This document shows, in pieces, positions 1 to 14,110 of a DNA stretch of 64,000 nt. The stretch's first letter is position 1, and the number at the start of each line of letters is the position of its first letter. The notes under the pieces are model-generated. The model was not told where the DNA came from and ran no database searches. It was given only the letters and a program-made list of their open reading frames with translations. The stretch is from the NCBI GenBank assembly GCA_000165425.1, contig CT868666.1, forward strand, positions 124,001-188,000. Reading direction: 5' to 3'. Both the position numbers and the translations under genes were made by a program. The stretch comes from Paramecium tetraurelia. Lineage: Eukaryota.

Positions 1-282
1 TATATATGTGGAGTTCACTTATGGAAGCAGTATGGACATAATTATTGTTATTGATAACTCTCCAAGATTTTGTTTCGTTAGGTATGTAGAAGATAGATTG
101 GAAATTGTTTAAATATCAGATATAGATTATGACCTGAGAACCCTAAATTCGCTAGTGCATATGGTTTCTTTTCTAATCAACCTTCAGTAGAACTGTAGGA
201 TGATGTCGTCCATTATCTGTTTGATTGATTTTGCAGAACATTTTAAGGATTGAGAGAGGATATCCCATTAGAATTATGACAT
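1..282 (-). CDS. 5' part of a hypothetical protein running off the left edge of the window
   Basis: Minus-strand ATG at 282 gives MSQFQWDILSQSLKCSAKSIKQIMDDIILQ. After a 21-nt gttctactgaaggttgattag intron the frame stays open to position 1 (ciliate code). Confidence 0.5.
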
Positions 283-2985
283 ATCAATTAAATTTAAGAC
301 AAGAATTAAAATTGTTTACAATATATTCCTAAATGTGGTTCTATACATTATATTTAATTCTTTACTAAGATTTTTACAATTTTTCAAAATATACAGCAAC
401 TTATTTTTCAATATACAATTAGCTAATATGGCGTCTGAGGAAATTAATATTCAAACTTTTCTATTTTAGTCTAGGTAAAGGATTTAAAAGATAAAGCGTA
501 TGGGAACAAAATTTAGATAAAAATTATTATTGCATACAAAAAATCAATAGCCATTAATAATGAGTCTAAGCGTCATATTTATAAGTAACATTAGCTTCAA
601 TCCATTTACAATTAGAGATAATAATGATAAAAATCCTCCTAGAAGAGAATTAAAGATAGATATTTATCAGATTATTGTATTTATGTATTAAAGTTGCTGT
701 AACAACCCTTTATCGATATGGGCATTTTTTAATTATGACTCTTATGAAATAAAATTCATGTATCAAAGTATATATTAGAAAAGTAGAGTGAATCATCAAA
801 TGATTCTTGACTAGCCTTTACTATAAGGGAAATTAGAGGTTTAAATCTCTGTTATTTAGCAATAAAAAGCAGTCAATTGATTATGTTAAAATCTGATATA
901 TATATCAATTGAGGCATTATTTGCATAATCTACAAATGTTTTGTTAAATTTTATAAATACCCCAGATTAAAATTTCTCCATTGATATTGTTCTTCGCATA
1001 ATGCACGAAGTATAAAAGATAATTGTTTATATTTTTAAATTTCCTGTTACCCTCTTTTGCAACTCGACTTTATATTAAAATACAAATTATGAATCTATAT
1101 ATTATGAAAATACTTTTAAGGATAAAAGTTAGATGCCATCACTTATTTTAACAGTATTAGAATAATGTCTCCAAATCCAGGTTTTAGTTTAAACTTGGTG
1201 AAATCATTTCAGATAAGAGACCACAAATTAGAATTAATATTTAGTTAATAAAAACCCAAATTAGCATCTCAAATATAACAGTACAGAAAATTTGATTATT
1301 CATTTCTCCAAATTTATAAGGAAGAGTTGTTATATTGGTTTAGAAATAAATAATTTTTTCAAAGTGGAATTTACTAGCGTCGTCGTTAAAGTAGATAATA
1401 ATATCGTCTAAATTATAATCCAATTCAGTAAAAGGATTTTGTGGATAGTTTTTGAATTTTTTATGTAAAGCTATTTTCATGATTTATATCAAGTACATTT
1501 AAATTGCTGTATCATTTCAATATATGGATCACCTATATTCTGCCTCTTAAGTCACAAATCAATATGTAAATTTTATTAATTATCATTATATTTATCAAGT
1601 GCGTAGATTCGAAAACTTAGGTTGTATAATGTATTCTCATTGAGTCCAGTCGAAGCATTCATAAGCTTATACAAGCAGCCATTAGGAAAATATAGACAAT
1701 CATTATATTTATCTCTTTAAATAATAGGTATTTATAACTTACTCAATCTCGAAATTCTATTGTTCATTAAATTACACTTTTCCAATAAATAATTTTATCC
1801 CCTGAATTAGCTGATTGACTTTTTTAAATGGAGATCATAAATGTTTTGGTAAGTGTTTAATTTATGGTACCATCATTAATTTTAGAAATTAAGGCTAATT
1901 CAATAAATAGGTATTCCTCACGACCACTCTTTCAGTTCGTAGGCTTTAAAAAATAGCTTCTAAAGTTAAAGAAAAAATTGAGATAAAATTTGAATTCTAA
2001 AAGGTTCCTAAGCCATAATAAAATGAAATTTCTAAAGCGCTTTATATTTTTATGGGAATAAACTCAATCGGCAAGTAAAATTTTCAAGAAATACTACATT
2101 GAAAAACTTCCTTTCTCAAAAACTGATTTATCTAAACTGTTATAAAACACAAAAAAATTAACCAATTTATTTTTAAGTATTTTATTATATTTGATCATTC
2201 AAAATGCTTTTGTTTATAATTAATTATAGAGAATTAAAAGATGATCTTTTGAAATCAGGTGATTATTCCATATATCAAATGGCATATTTAGCCATCATAA
2301 CATTTCCTTTTGCATATTAAACAATATTATATGGCTGAAGATGAATAAAAAAATATTTAGATTTCCATTCATTATAAGAAATTTACATTGAATTCATTTA
2401 TGTGAATGTAATGATTAGTTAAATCATATTTATAATTTCCTAAACCGGAAATTCAAGGGAGATAGTATATTAATTAATAACAGTTGGTATATTTAACTTT
2501 TTAACTTTTTTCATTTAAAAGGCCAACGAAAATCCACTATTTGATTTACTATTGTAAATGAATTTGAATGGAAATTACATATATCAATTTTGTAATATTT
2601 CTAATGCTTTTGCTAAAATTTACTTTGATATAATATACAAGAAGAATGAGTTGTTTTTTTAATTTGATTCTAACTAAATTGATCCATGGTATTACCTAAT
2701 GTTGTAATTTATGCGATTTCTAATTGATATTCAAATAAATAATTATGATTCTTAATAGGAGCATAAATTACAAATACTAAACAAACTATTAGTTGAAAAA
2801 CTATCTAAATCCTTTTGGAATTTAATGTTATCAAATGAATATTTATTTTTCTGAAAATGAATTAGGCTTGCTTAATATTTTTCAATATTCATAAATTGAT
2901 TGTAGATAAGATTTTGGATTTTCTGAAAAATTGAATGAGTTCTTTTCTCTTGATGTCAATTTAATAAAATATTTAAATTTTGATT

Positions 2986-5203
2986 ATGTTATCAAAATAG
3001 CAATAATAATTGTAAGAGATAGTATCCTAAAGCGTGTTGAAGACGTAAGTTTGAATGATAATTAGATAAACAACCAAGGTATCTTAGAAATTAAGTTAAT
3101 CATTTAATCCAAATGGATTGATAGGCTAATCTTTAAGTCCAACTCAAAAAACAAATTAAAGCATGGGATTAAAAAAAGGGAATAATTTATAATAGTACCA
3201 ATAAGAATTGCTTAAATTAATGGCAAACCATAAGCAATTATAATCTGGTACTAAAAAAGCAAATCTGTCTGATATGATGACATAATAAAATGGATCTAAA
3301 CGAATATCATCAGGTGCGAGTTAACCTTAAAAATCATAAGACTCAAACAAAACTAGTTTTGTAAATTCAGCCCATTAGATTATAATAATTGTTAATCATG
3401 AAAATTAACAAATTAGATTTACAATTGACCCTCTAAAATCAACAGGATGGTTGGAGGAATATTTGAAATAAGAAGTAAAAAAGCATTCTATTCATCAATA
3501 TTCATCAACAGGATCTTAACCAGATGAAAGAAAAGTAACTTGCGGAACGGGAAATGAGTAATCAGATTTGGAAATAGTGTCTTTTCATACAGTTGATAAA
3601 AACTTGCCAATAGATTAACCAAATAAAAGTTTAGAAATTTTAAATGGATAAACACTAAATCTATAACCATTTTATGGAACACCTTAATAAAGTAAAATCA
3701 CACTTAAAGATTTTATATTTGTAAAATGCATAGGAGTTGGAGGATTTTCAAGGGTTTATATGGTGAAGAAAAAATCAAATGGAAGATTTTATGCAATGAA
3801 ATTAATAGATAAGGAATTCATTCTCCAATATAAAAAATAAGGTACAAAGTAAATCTATATAAAGGGATTGTGCAAAACGAAAGAGACATAATGACAGTGC
3901 TTGATCATCCTTTTATAATTAAATTAGAGTATGCATTTGAATCTAAAAACTTTATTGTTTTTGTATTAGAATTTTGCAGCGGTGGTGAACTATTTTGGTA
4001 ATTAAGATAAGTGAAAAGAATGACAGAAGAATAAGCTCGCTTTTATTTTGCAGAAATTTGTTTGGCTATGTTCTATTTACATTCATTATCAGTTGTTTAT
4101 AGGGATATTAAACCAGAGAATATTTTAATCGATATTGATGGCCATATCAGAATAGCCGATTTTGGTTTATCTAAGCCAAATATGACTGAAGAAGATTATG
4201 CTTATAGTTTTTGTGGGTCTCCAGAATATATGGCTCCTGAAATGTTATTGAAAGTAGGACATAATGTTTAAGTTGATCACTACTGTATGGGAGCATTGCT
4301 TTTTGAATTAGTAACCGGGTTACCTCCTTATTATTCAAGAGATACTGATGAAATATATGAATCTATCCTGAATGAAGAATTAACTTTTCCAGATAAGTTA
4401 AATTTATCACCAGCTATTAAAGTATCGTTCTTCAATATCAAAGGATTTGCTTTAAGGATTATTATGCAAATAACCATCTGAAAGATTAGGGTCAAATAAA
4501 GGATTGACTGAATTATTGACCCATGCTTGGTTTAAAGATGTTGATTTAGTGGCAATCTTACAGAAATAGGTTCCTCCTCCATTCAAACCTAATCAACTAA
4601 AATTTAATTATGACTCGAATGATTTAATGAAAGGTGAGTTAGAAACGAGAGAGAAGCTTTTGGGAAAAGCCGGTCTATCATAAGAAATAAGAATTTTTAA
4701 GGCATTTTACTTTGATGCGTAAGAATAGAAATAAATGAAAACTGAATAGGCCAAAATTTTATAATAGCACTTTATGATGGTTACTTAATAATAACTAGCT
4801 TTAAATTAAAAGTTTAAACCTCAAAGAAAAAGCACTGAACAAAAAGAGTATTAATCAAAACCTGCTTCTCCACAAACCAGGAATCAAAAATAGCAAAAAT
4901 TTACTCCAGAACAGTTTTAATCTCTTTAGAAACGAATAAAATCTTAGTAAAAGTTAGTATAATTTTAGATAATCCTCTATGAGCAATGTATAATAGATTA
5001 GTACTATTTAAAGCCCTGCTTAATCTAAGTTGTAAGGTTTGAAAAGAATTATTTCCTAAAATAATTTCTTTGCAGACAGATAAAATACATTGCCTGCTGG
5101 ATAAAAAGAAGCGAATATTGATTATCAATAATTGTTGTCAAATGTATCAACAGAGCAAATGTTACATAAACGAGTATCTTCCTTAAAATAAAGAAAAAAA
5201 TGA
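2986..5203 (+). CDS. AGC-family Ser/Thr protein kinase
   Basis: Kinase motifs [37 protein letters not shown] and AGC tail [15 protein letters not shown]. Five tiny GT-AG introns (e.g. 3045-3065). TAA/TAG read through as Gln; TGA at 5201-5203. Confidence 0.93.
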
Positions 5204-5335
5204 ATTACTTAAAAAATATATTAATTTTTTAATCTTGAATTTTCTCTTTATGAATCTGAAAAAGATTTGAATGATCTTCTTTTCAAGTACCATACAGAAT
5301 AAAATAAGATTTAGAGAAGTCTCCCCACCCTTCAA

Positions 5336-7493
5336 TGGATATAACAATTACAACCTATAGTGAAATATCTGATGGTAATTTCCAATTAAAAAGTTTTATC
5401 CAAAATAAAATTGTTTTCTTCATTAGAAGAATAGAATATTAACATAGGAGGAGCAAATTCATTTATAAAATCATATACAAGCTCCTAATTCGATTTAGAA
5501 TCTTTGACTCCATATAGAATAAATAAATTAATTGATTGGTCTAAATATAATGAAACAAACAGGTGATGGCTAAAATTTTTCCCTTAAGTTTGGATCAAGT
5601 CTGGAATTTTCAAATGGAAATACATTAAATTTTGAATAACCATATAAACTTAATTGAGGAGAAATTAAAATTTTATGGTCAAAGCATAACAGAGCCAAAG
5701 TAAATATTATTGATGAATTAAGTTTAGAAATAAAAAAAATTAAAGAAAGAAAATGATTTAAAGGATCTACTTAACGAAATTGAAAAAAAGAATTAAATTT
5801 TGAGTGAATTCAGAAATAAAGCGGATAAACTTCAATCAATAATAAAAAATCAAATATAAAAAATCAAAATCTACCAAAGAATGCTCAATCGAAGTACACT
5901 AGAACATTATAGAAGGGGAATTGCCAGTAACAACTTAAATCAGAGAAGTAGTCATTCTGCTGTTGACTAAATAAAGAGAATAAATTGATCTTGCATTTCA
6001 ATAATATGAGGATTAATTAAAAGAATTATATTGTTAAATTGAATATTTTAAGGAACAAAATAATAACTTATCTGAGGAGAATAATAAATTACAAATTAAT
6101 TATCAAATATTCTAAATTAAAGAGGAGAATGAGGAAATCAATTGCATGAAGAATTTGAAAATTAAATCATATCAATCAAATTTTTATGAAGGAAAACCAA
6201 CACCTTAAATAATAGCGTAAATCTCCAAATATCCAAACACATTTAAAATCCATAGATGGAGAGAGCTTAGTTCATTTTAAATCAATATAGACTGATAAAG
6301 TTGGTTTAAACAATGAAATGGCTCAATAGTTTTAATATTAGATAAAGGGCTTACCTCTTAAAATATCTGATTAATAAAAGTATATATGATCATTAAGAAA
6401 TGATTCGTTTAGAAATTTTTTCTCATCTCAAAGGATAAAACTAAGTCGAATCAAGTCTAATTAAACGAGGTAACATAAAATAAAAATGGTTTAAAGAAAA
6501 GGACAAAGAAAATTTAGAACTTTATTCTTAAATAAAATACATTTATTATAAGTCATTAAATTTTTGAATATTAAAATAAGATAATAATAGTTAGGTTAAA
6601 AAGAATAAGATGAAACAATTTTTGAACTTAAGGATGAATTGTATAAAACAAAGAAATAATTGCAAGTAAAAAACACTGAAGTTAAATAATTAATTGATTA
6701 GGATAAGGCATAAGATGATAAAAACATCGAACTAAGTAAAATTAATGTATTGCTTTAATAACAATTAATTTATAAAGAATCTTATTCCTAATAACATGAA
6801 CTGAAGTAATAGCTAAATGAAAAGAGCATTCAACAAGAGAATCTTTAGTTAATACATCTAATCAAATTTGAGCTAGTAATAATTAAATTAATTAGTGGAT
6901 GAATATAATAGTTATCAATAAGAATTTATGGATTTGAAATATATTGACAGAAAAGCTTCGACAAAATGAAATATTATAAAAGTATTATTAATAATATTTA
7001 TCATTAGAACTTATCAAAACTTCAAAAAGATAACGATCGGTTGGTTTAACAAAATAAGAAGCTAATGATAGAGAATTCAAATAATAAGGATGAAAAATTA
7101 ACTTACAGGATATCTGAAGAAATTACTACAGAAGTATGATGTTCAGCTACGACTAGGGATTCTATTAATATGAAATCTTTTGTCTAAAAAGAGGAATAGG
7201 ATATTTAAAAAGAAAATAGTTTAACATTTTAGATCTGATTTAACCTTAATTAATGTCTAACTCTTTATATAATGAAGGAAACACAGATTCGATCTGTAAA
7301 ATCTAATGAGTTGTGAAAAAGATTTATCAGATTGCTGAACTTAAGTAATTAATGTTTATCATTCAATAAGCAGATGAACATCATTAGAGCCCAACAAAAA
7401 ATTGAAAGGTCATCAGTTGTCTTTTAGGAGAAAAAAGAACAATAAAATTCACAAATAGAAGTGAAAGCCAGATTTCCATAATTCTTGATATGA
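5336..7493 (+). pseudogene. Coiled-coil protein gene, apparently disrupted
   Basis: Long E/K/Q/L heptad-like segments (NDLKDLLNEIEKKNQILSEF..., QYEDQLKELYCQIEYFKEQNNNLSEENNKLQ) switch frame and hit TGA without clean introns. Boundaries approximate. Confidence 0.4.
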
Positions 7494-7503
7494 TCTATAA
7501 GTA

Positions 7504-8517
7504 TCAATGTTTTTTTGGTATTTGTTTTCCAATTGATGTTTATTTTTCAAGTTATGATTTCTTATGAATTTACAATTTACTCTCTCTGATGACTGATTCG
7601 ACGTACTTTTTATCAAAATACTTATTGTAAAACTCCTTCTAATCGTTTAAGCCTATTGTTTGAATGGGTTCAATGTATTATTAATATTAATTTTTAATAT
7701 TTTTTATTAAATAAGATGTTTCCTAAAATATCTCTTGATTTATTTGATTTAAACTTGTTTAATCTTTAGTTTATTTTTATGGGGAATATAATTGGGTAGC
7801 AGAAGCTTATAATTTCTACATAGTATCAAAGCTTCTATCTTAGCAATCCGACAAGTAAAGATAAATGTGGTGTTGTTCCTTTTTATTATAAATACAAAAT
7901 GTCATACTTTCATTTTTAATTTTGGGTTCAGTCTCAACTTTGTTGATGAAGATAGTTACTCTGATTATTGTACACTTTATTAAGGGACTAACAATGGATT
8001 TAACTACACAGCCATAGCTAAAGATTGACTTAATAAATACAGAAATAGTTTACTTTCCTTCTTCCTCTTTATTTTCAGAGCTTGTTGGCTATTCTTGACT
8101 GTCCTATTGTTTCAATGGAGGGTTTGGCTAGAATATTGTTATAATTTTACCTTCGACCGCTTACGCTTGAGTGTAGCAGCCTTTTTAAAAACTAAAATTA
8201 AAGGAAACTTACCTCTTCCTGGCGTTCTTTCTCTTGTATTCGTTGTAAATACTATTTCATTTTTCTTTCTTCTCTAGTTGAAGTTTACTCATTAATAATT
8301 AAGGATTGTGATGATCCCTTTGAAAAATTTATCAATTCAACTGGTTTTACGTATTTCTTTTATTGTTCTTCCTATGAAGATAATAAACTTGAGTTTTCTT
8401 AACTCTCACCCTTTGATTATTATTCACTCATTATTATTTAAATTAATTTAAAGATATTTATTTTCTCTCAAATTCTGAATTTAATACCTCAATTAATCCA
8501 ATCCATCTTAAAGACAT
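7504..8517 (-). CDS. Hypothetical protein
   Basis: ATG at 8517 (MSLRWIGLIE, then a short intron). C-terminus ...QKEFYNKYFDKKYVESVIRESKLQIHKKSQLEKQTSIGKQIPKKH* with TGA at 7504-7506. Confidence 0.65.
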
Positions 8518-9027
8518 TTATATCAACACTTCAAATCAATTTAATTTTACTTTTTTTTATTTTATATTATACAAAATTTAGAACATATTAATACATACTT
8601 GATCTAAAACAAGGAATCCAGAGTCATAACTAATTCATTTCTTATAAAATGATCCTTTTGATATAAAACTAATATCTTTTCTGTTAAAAAGATTAAATTT
8701 CTAATATTAGTAGAGCAAAATAAATAATGTTACTTTATCAAATGATACTACAAAGTATATGATTTCAAATTAGGAAAACATAACACAATTAAAATATTAA
8801 GAAATATCAAAAGAAAGAATTGAACATTCAACCCTTTAATAATTAAGTTTAATTTAATCATAATTTTATTAGTCATATCCAAGTTTCTCAAACAAATATT
8901 TAAATTTCTCAAATTTATTTTAGACAACTATCCATATAATTGAAATGATGGAGATTTTAAATATTTCGATATATCGGGTATTTTTTTTTGAATTCTTTAA
9001 AAAAGATTAAATTATAAACTGAATTAA

Positions 9028-11560
9028 ATGGATCTAACATATAAATATCAAATATATTCATATTGTTATCGCAAAACTCTTGTTAAGAGAAATTTCAACC
9101 AATAAGTTGCCAAAACTAAAGTTCCTATGTTGCAATCTAAAACTCATTATATTCTATAATTTTATTAATTACATTTCAAATAGATTTTTGGTGATAGGCA
9201 AATGATTAATTGTTTAAATTCATAAATAGCAAAGTGGGAGGTAATAAGATAATTCATATTCAATTGAAACAATTGAACAATTTCTGATTCTTAGCAATTT
9301 TTTCTTGCTTACAATGATGAAATAATTAAGTTTGCTGTTATTTTCTGAAGCAGCAAGTAGAGGGAAGATAAATTACATTATAATAAATACAATCAACTAA
9401 TTTAGAAGTTTCCTATTCAAAGGCCCATAGCAATTTTTAAATAGAATAATGCAGTTATAATTTATAGATGCATAAATTGAATATCATTAAAGTAAGATAA
9501 TGCCTAATATAAGATCATCTTTGTACAAAGCAAATTAGTCTAAAATTATTGAATTCTCCTAAAAGAAATTACCATTAATTAAATAGTAAAATTTTTCTTA
9601 GATTTTGACTTATTAAAGAGAATAAATTGGATTCAAAGGATAGCATAGTGAGAAAACACAAAAGCGATGTTATCAAAAGCGAAATTGACAACATTTACTT
9701 CATATATTAATTAATCAATTTAGAGCCTTTAACTCTTATTAATTCAATAATTCATTATTCTAAGGGGAGACCTCAACTCTTTTCTTGAAGGCTCTAATAC
9801 ATGAGAACAGGGATAACCCCGAATATAATAGTGCATAATGCAAAAAGATGTATAGAAGATCTTTTGTCAACAGTATAATTTTCAACCTAAATCATGCCTT
9901 TTAACAGTTGAGTTATTGGTTCCATTTTAGCTTTGGAGGCCAATGATTTTGAATAATTTTGTAAAATTACTATTTGTTCAGCTGTTATTGGCAAAGAATC
10001 AGATAAAAATGAATATCTTTCTACCACAATTCTCATACTATACAAAATAGTCAACATCCTTCAATTATTCTGTTAAATCTACTAATCGTAGTAAAAATTA
10101 TTTTAGAATTGAAGAGTAGGATTTTCTCAAATATTATTATTTATTTCAACAGGAATTACAAGTTATGCAAAGCCTATGTTATCATTTTCTGTTGTATTTA
10201 TTTGATACGTGTTTACTGTGATTTCACATTTCGCCTCTTCTTTGTCAGGAATAATATGGATGGCTGGACAATAGATCTCATAATTTTATGGTCCAAATAT
10301 CAATTAGGATTAAAGTATTTGTATTTTTGATTTATCATTTATTTTGAAATCCTCACCATATCAATTATGTATTCTCCTTCCAATCTTTTAATAACATCAG
10401 TTTCAGATTATTATTTGCGTACTGAATTAGGAATTTACAAATATGCATTCTCAATACATTGGCAATTAATAATACTGAGCAAAGAGATAAAATAAATTAA
10501 CATTTAATAAATAAATTGCAATTACTATTGTTAAGATTATTAATTGCATATTTATATAAATGAAAAAAAGTATATTAAATAGAGAATATTAAGCCTGTTA
10601 ATACAGAATATAGATTAAGTGATATTAATTATCGATTTCGCGGTAACAATTGTCAAAATATGAAAGGAAGAAAACCAAAGGAGAAGTATCTTTTGCATCA
10701 TGTGTTTTAGCATTTACAAAAGGATGTTGAATTGCCAAAAAATTGACAAAGATTTACTTAAATATGAAAACCAAAATGAATTTGATAAAGAGAAATGGAC
10801 TCCATTGCATCTAGCCTTGAGATTTAATTAAAGTAAAGCTGTGATTTATGCTAATTAATTGGATAACTCAATTTTTCAACTTTTAGCAGGATAATAAGTA
10901 CTATCATTAATGCATTTGGCTGTTCTAAAAGTAATCTTGAAATAATAGAGATTCTGATTGTAATTTATTTATTTACACTTAATTATTATATTGTTTATTC
11001 TGTAACAATTAGGAATAAAAAGTATCATTATTTTCAGAAATGTGGATGGAATTTTAATAAGGAGGTTTGCCTTTAGTTAATTTAAAATGAGCAAGAAATA
11101 TGTAAATAGATAAATAATGATATTTTTAATAGATCTTAAAGATATGGAAAAATTTCCATATGCAAAAAAAATTTAAATTCTTAATGTTTCTTAACAATCA
11201 ATTAAATACTGTGATAGCAAAGATGTGTTAATCACTATACCAACAGTATCATATTTAATTGAAATAATTTAACCCTCGTTACTTAAAATGCGTAAAAACT
11301 TAATGAAAATACTTTGAGCATAATATTTGAAGGAATCGATGTAATTATGTTGATACATTTTGATTTATTGAATAGGTTATTAAACTAAGTAAAATTAGAG
11401 TGTGTATGCGCTAAAGCTAGAACTTTATACAAGTATGGTACTGTTGTTAGCTTTGGGCTATGATAAGTTTCCTTTAAAACACATTCAATAATTAGTGTAG
11501 TAATGATATATTACAATTTTTTTCAATTAACAGGAAAAATGTTGCCTAAGTGAGTCATTG
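9028..11560 (+). pseudogene. Degenerate gene remnant containing ankyrin repeats
   Basis: DKEKWTPLHLALRFNQSKAVIYA at about 10784-10852 (ankyrin TPLHxA) and LSLMHLAVLK just downstream, embedded in frames broken by TGA and frameshifts. Boundaries approximate. Confidence 0.45.
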
Positions 11561-11646
11561 CGAATGAAAGGATGGAGTGAAAATGAATCTCTTACTCATT
11601 TTGACAAACAATTGAAGTTTAAAATTATTTACAATAATTATTAATT

Positions 11647-12406
11647 ATGAATAAATCACAATAAGAAGCTATTCAGAAAAACCATTATGGTAAACTAGAA
11701 TATTGGGAAAGAAGATATTCAGAGTATTGTTTATTGTTATTCTAGAAATGATAAACCATTTGAATGGTATTAAAATTATGATAACTTAAAAGACATTGTT
11801 ACATAATATATTAATCATAATAGTCGTATTCTCAATATTGGATGTGGCAATTCAAGTATCTTAAATCACCTATAAAATCATAGATATTCCTGAGGACATG
11901 TATAAGGAAGGCTATTAATGGATTGTTAATCTAGACTTTTCGAAAGCAGTTATTGAATTCATGAAGGAAAAGTTTAAATCTTACCCAGCTCATTTCTAAT
12001 GTATTGCATAGATGTATATATAGTTGTATTGGCTGATGCAAGAGAATTACCATTTCCAAATGATTAATTTGATTGTGTATTTGACAAAGGATTATTGGAT
12101 GCAGTCTTAAGTGGAGACTACTCAGCATAAAATTCTAAAAAGGTGATTAATCACATTTACAGAGCCCTAAAAAAAGAAACTGGTGTCTATATCATTATCT
12201 CTCATGGATTCCCAGAATAGAGACTTCCATATCTTAGCAAATCAGAATATAATTGGAAGGTCACTTACAGTAAAGTCTATAAACCTGATGTAAGAACAAA
12301 AAGTTTGGAATTCGATGCTTCAGATCTAAACAATTACCATTTCATATATGTTTGCAAAATGGATAGATATCAAGGATAAACTGCAGCTTAAGTCATAGGA
12401 ATTTGA
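11647..12406 (+). CDS. Class I SAM-dependent methyltransferase, EEF1AKMT4/METTL13-like
   Basis: YGKLEYWERRY..FEWY, motif I ILNIGCGNS, LDFS, FDCVFDKGLLDA. Three introns (22, 28, 23 nt) leave 229 codons. Confidence 0.9.
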
Positions 12407-12461
12407 TTATATTTTAAGACTTAATAAATATTCAATTTAAAAAAATCAATATTAAATAATT

Positions 12462-14090
12462 ATGATAATATTTATTTTAATTACACACATTAGTGCTTAA
12501 TGCTCTCATCCAATATTTTGCTAAGGTGACATTCTACATACAGTTTAGACACAAAAAATATTCAATGATGGGAAAACCTTTGTGGACATGACTATGAAAA
12601 AGACAGAAACCGAGATTTTAAATGTTTGGAAAACAATTGACACAAAAAATAAAGAATAAGTGACAGCTTTTGTGGCTGATAATTTTATTGAAGCAGGCAG
12701 CGATTTAGAATCTATCAGACCCAGTGACTATAAAGAGAAGCCTGATTATGTAGATAATATTAAGGTTGAAGAGTTAAAAGATTGGAGTTTAGAAATTAAT
12801 AAGATATGGTTGGAATTGTGCAAAGAATTTAAGAAAGGTATTGAAGATTCCACTTCGATACTATATGTTCCAAATCCATTCTTTGTACCAGGGGGTAGAT
12901 TTAGAGAGTTCTATTATTGGGATACAATGTGGGTTATTGATGGATTAATAATCAGTAAAATGTTCGAAAGTGCCATCAAAATGTAGGAAAATTTTGTGTA
13001 TACTATTAATAAGCTCGGTTACATACCCAACGGAGCTAGGATCTATTATAAAGGGAGAACTTAACCTCCTGTACTAGCCTAAATAACCTACAACATATAT
13101 TAAGGATTGATACAAGATGGATAGGAAGAAAGAGCCAAATAGTTTATAATTAATTCATTTGGAGCTGTAGAAAAAGAGTTCCAATACTTTTACGAGCATA
13201 GATCAATAAGAGCATGCTTGATATTTTAAAATGTTTATTGTGATGTCATGTTGTATCATTATGATTCAGACATCTACTATCCAAGACCAGAGTCATATAA
13301 TGAAGATATTTCGATAGGACATGCAAATATTCATATGTATCATGAAATCACAGCAGGAGCTGAGAGCGGTTGGGACTTTTCTACAAGATGGTTTGCAGAT
13401 TAGAAGTCATTAGAATCCATACAAACATCATATATTTTAAGTGTTGATTTAAATACCTTCATGATAATCAATATGAAAAGATTAGCTTCATTTTCTAAAG
13501 TTTTGGGATTGTAAGCCAAGCAAACCTTTTATGATACACTGAGTAAGAACACTGAAGAGATACTGTTAGACAAATTTTACAATAAAGAAACATATTAATG
13601 GAATGATTACAATTATAAGGACAAGAAGTTTAATAAGAATTTTTATGCTTCCAATTATTTTCCATTAAATTTAAAATCAAAGTCAGATAGCAATTTGATA
13701 GAAAATTTGAAACAAATGATATAATAATATCCTGGAGGAATCCCAACTTCTATCTTCAATACAGGATAATAATGGGATCTTCCAAATTCATGGCCTCCTC
13801 TTAATCAAATGATTATCTAAGGATTAATCAATAATGATTAGAAGGAACTTGCCTTATAATTATCCTAAAATGTTATCAACAATGCCTATTGTTGTTTCTA
13901 GAAATCTATCACTTAATATGGAAAAGGATACATGTTTGAGAAGTATAATGCTGCAAGCGTAGGAACATCTGGAGGAGGTGGAGAATATGAAGTATAAACA
14001 GGATTTGGATGGACCAATGGTGTAGTTATTTGGATATTAAATACATTTGGATAATAATTATTGTTACCAACATGTCCATAATAGATATGA
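12462..14090 (+). CDS. TREH: Alpha,alpha-trehalase (GH37) with putative signal peptide
   Basis: FNDGKTFVD, VPGGRFREFYYWD, IPNGARIYYKGRTQPP, AGAESGWDFSTRW, QQWDLPNSWPP, MFEKY, GGGGEYEVQTGFGWTNG. Intronless, 543 codons, hydrophobic N-terminus MIIFILITHISA. Confidence 0.96.
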
Positions 14091-14110
14091 ATTATAAGAA
14101 AAAGAAATGG

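Noticed and set aside
300..2900. Possible gene, transposon or retained germline (IES) DNA
   Set aside because: No sustained frame, terminal inverted repeats or transposase motifs were seen. IES status cannot be judged without germline/somatic comparison.
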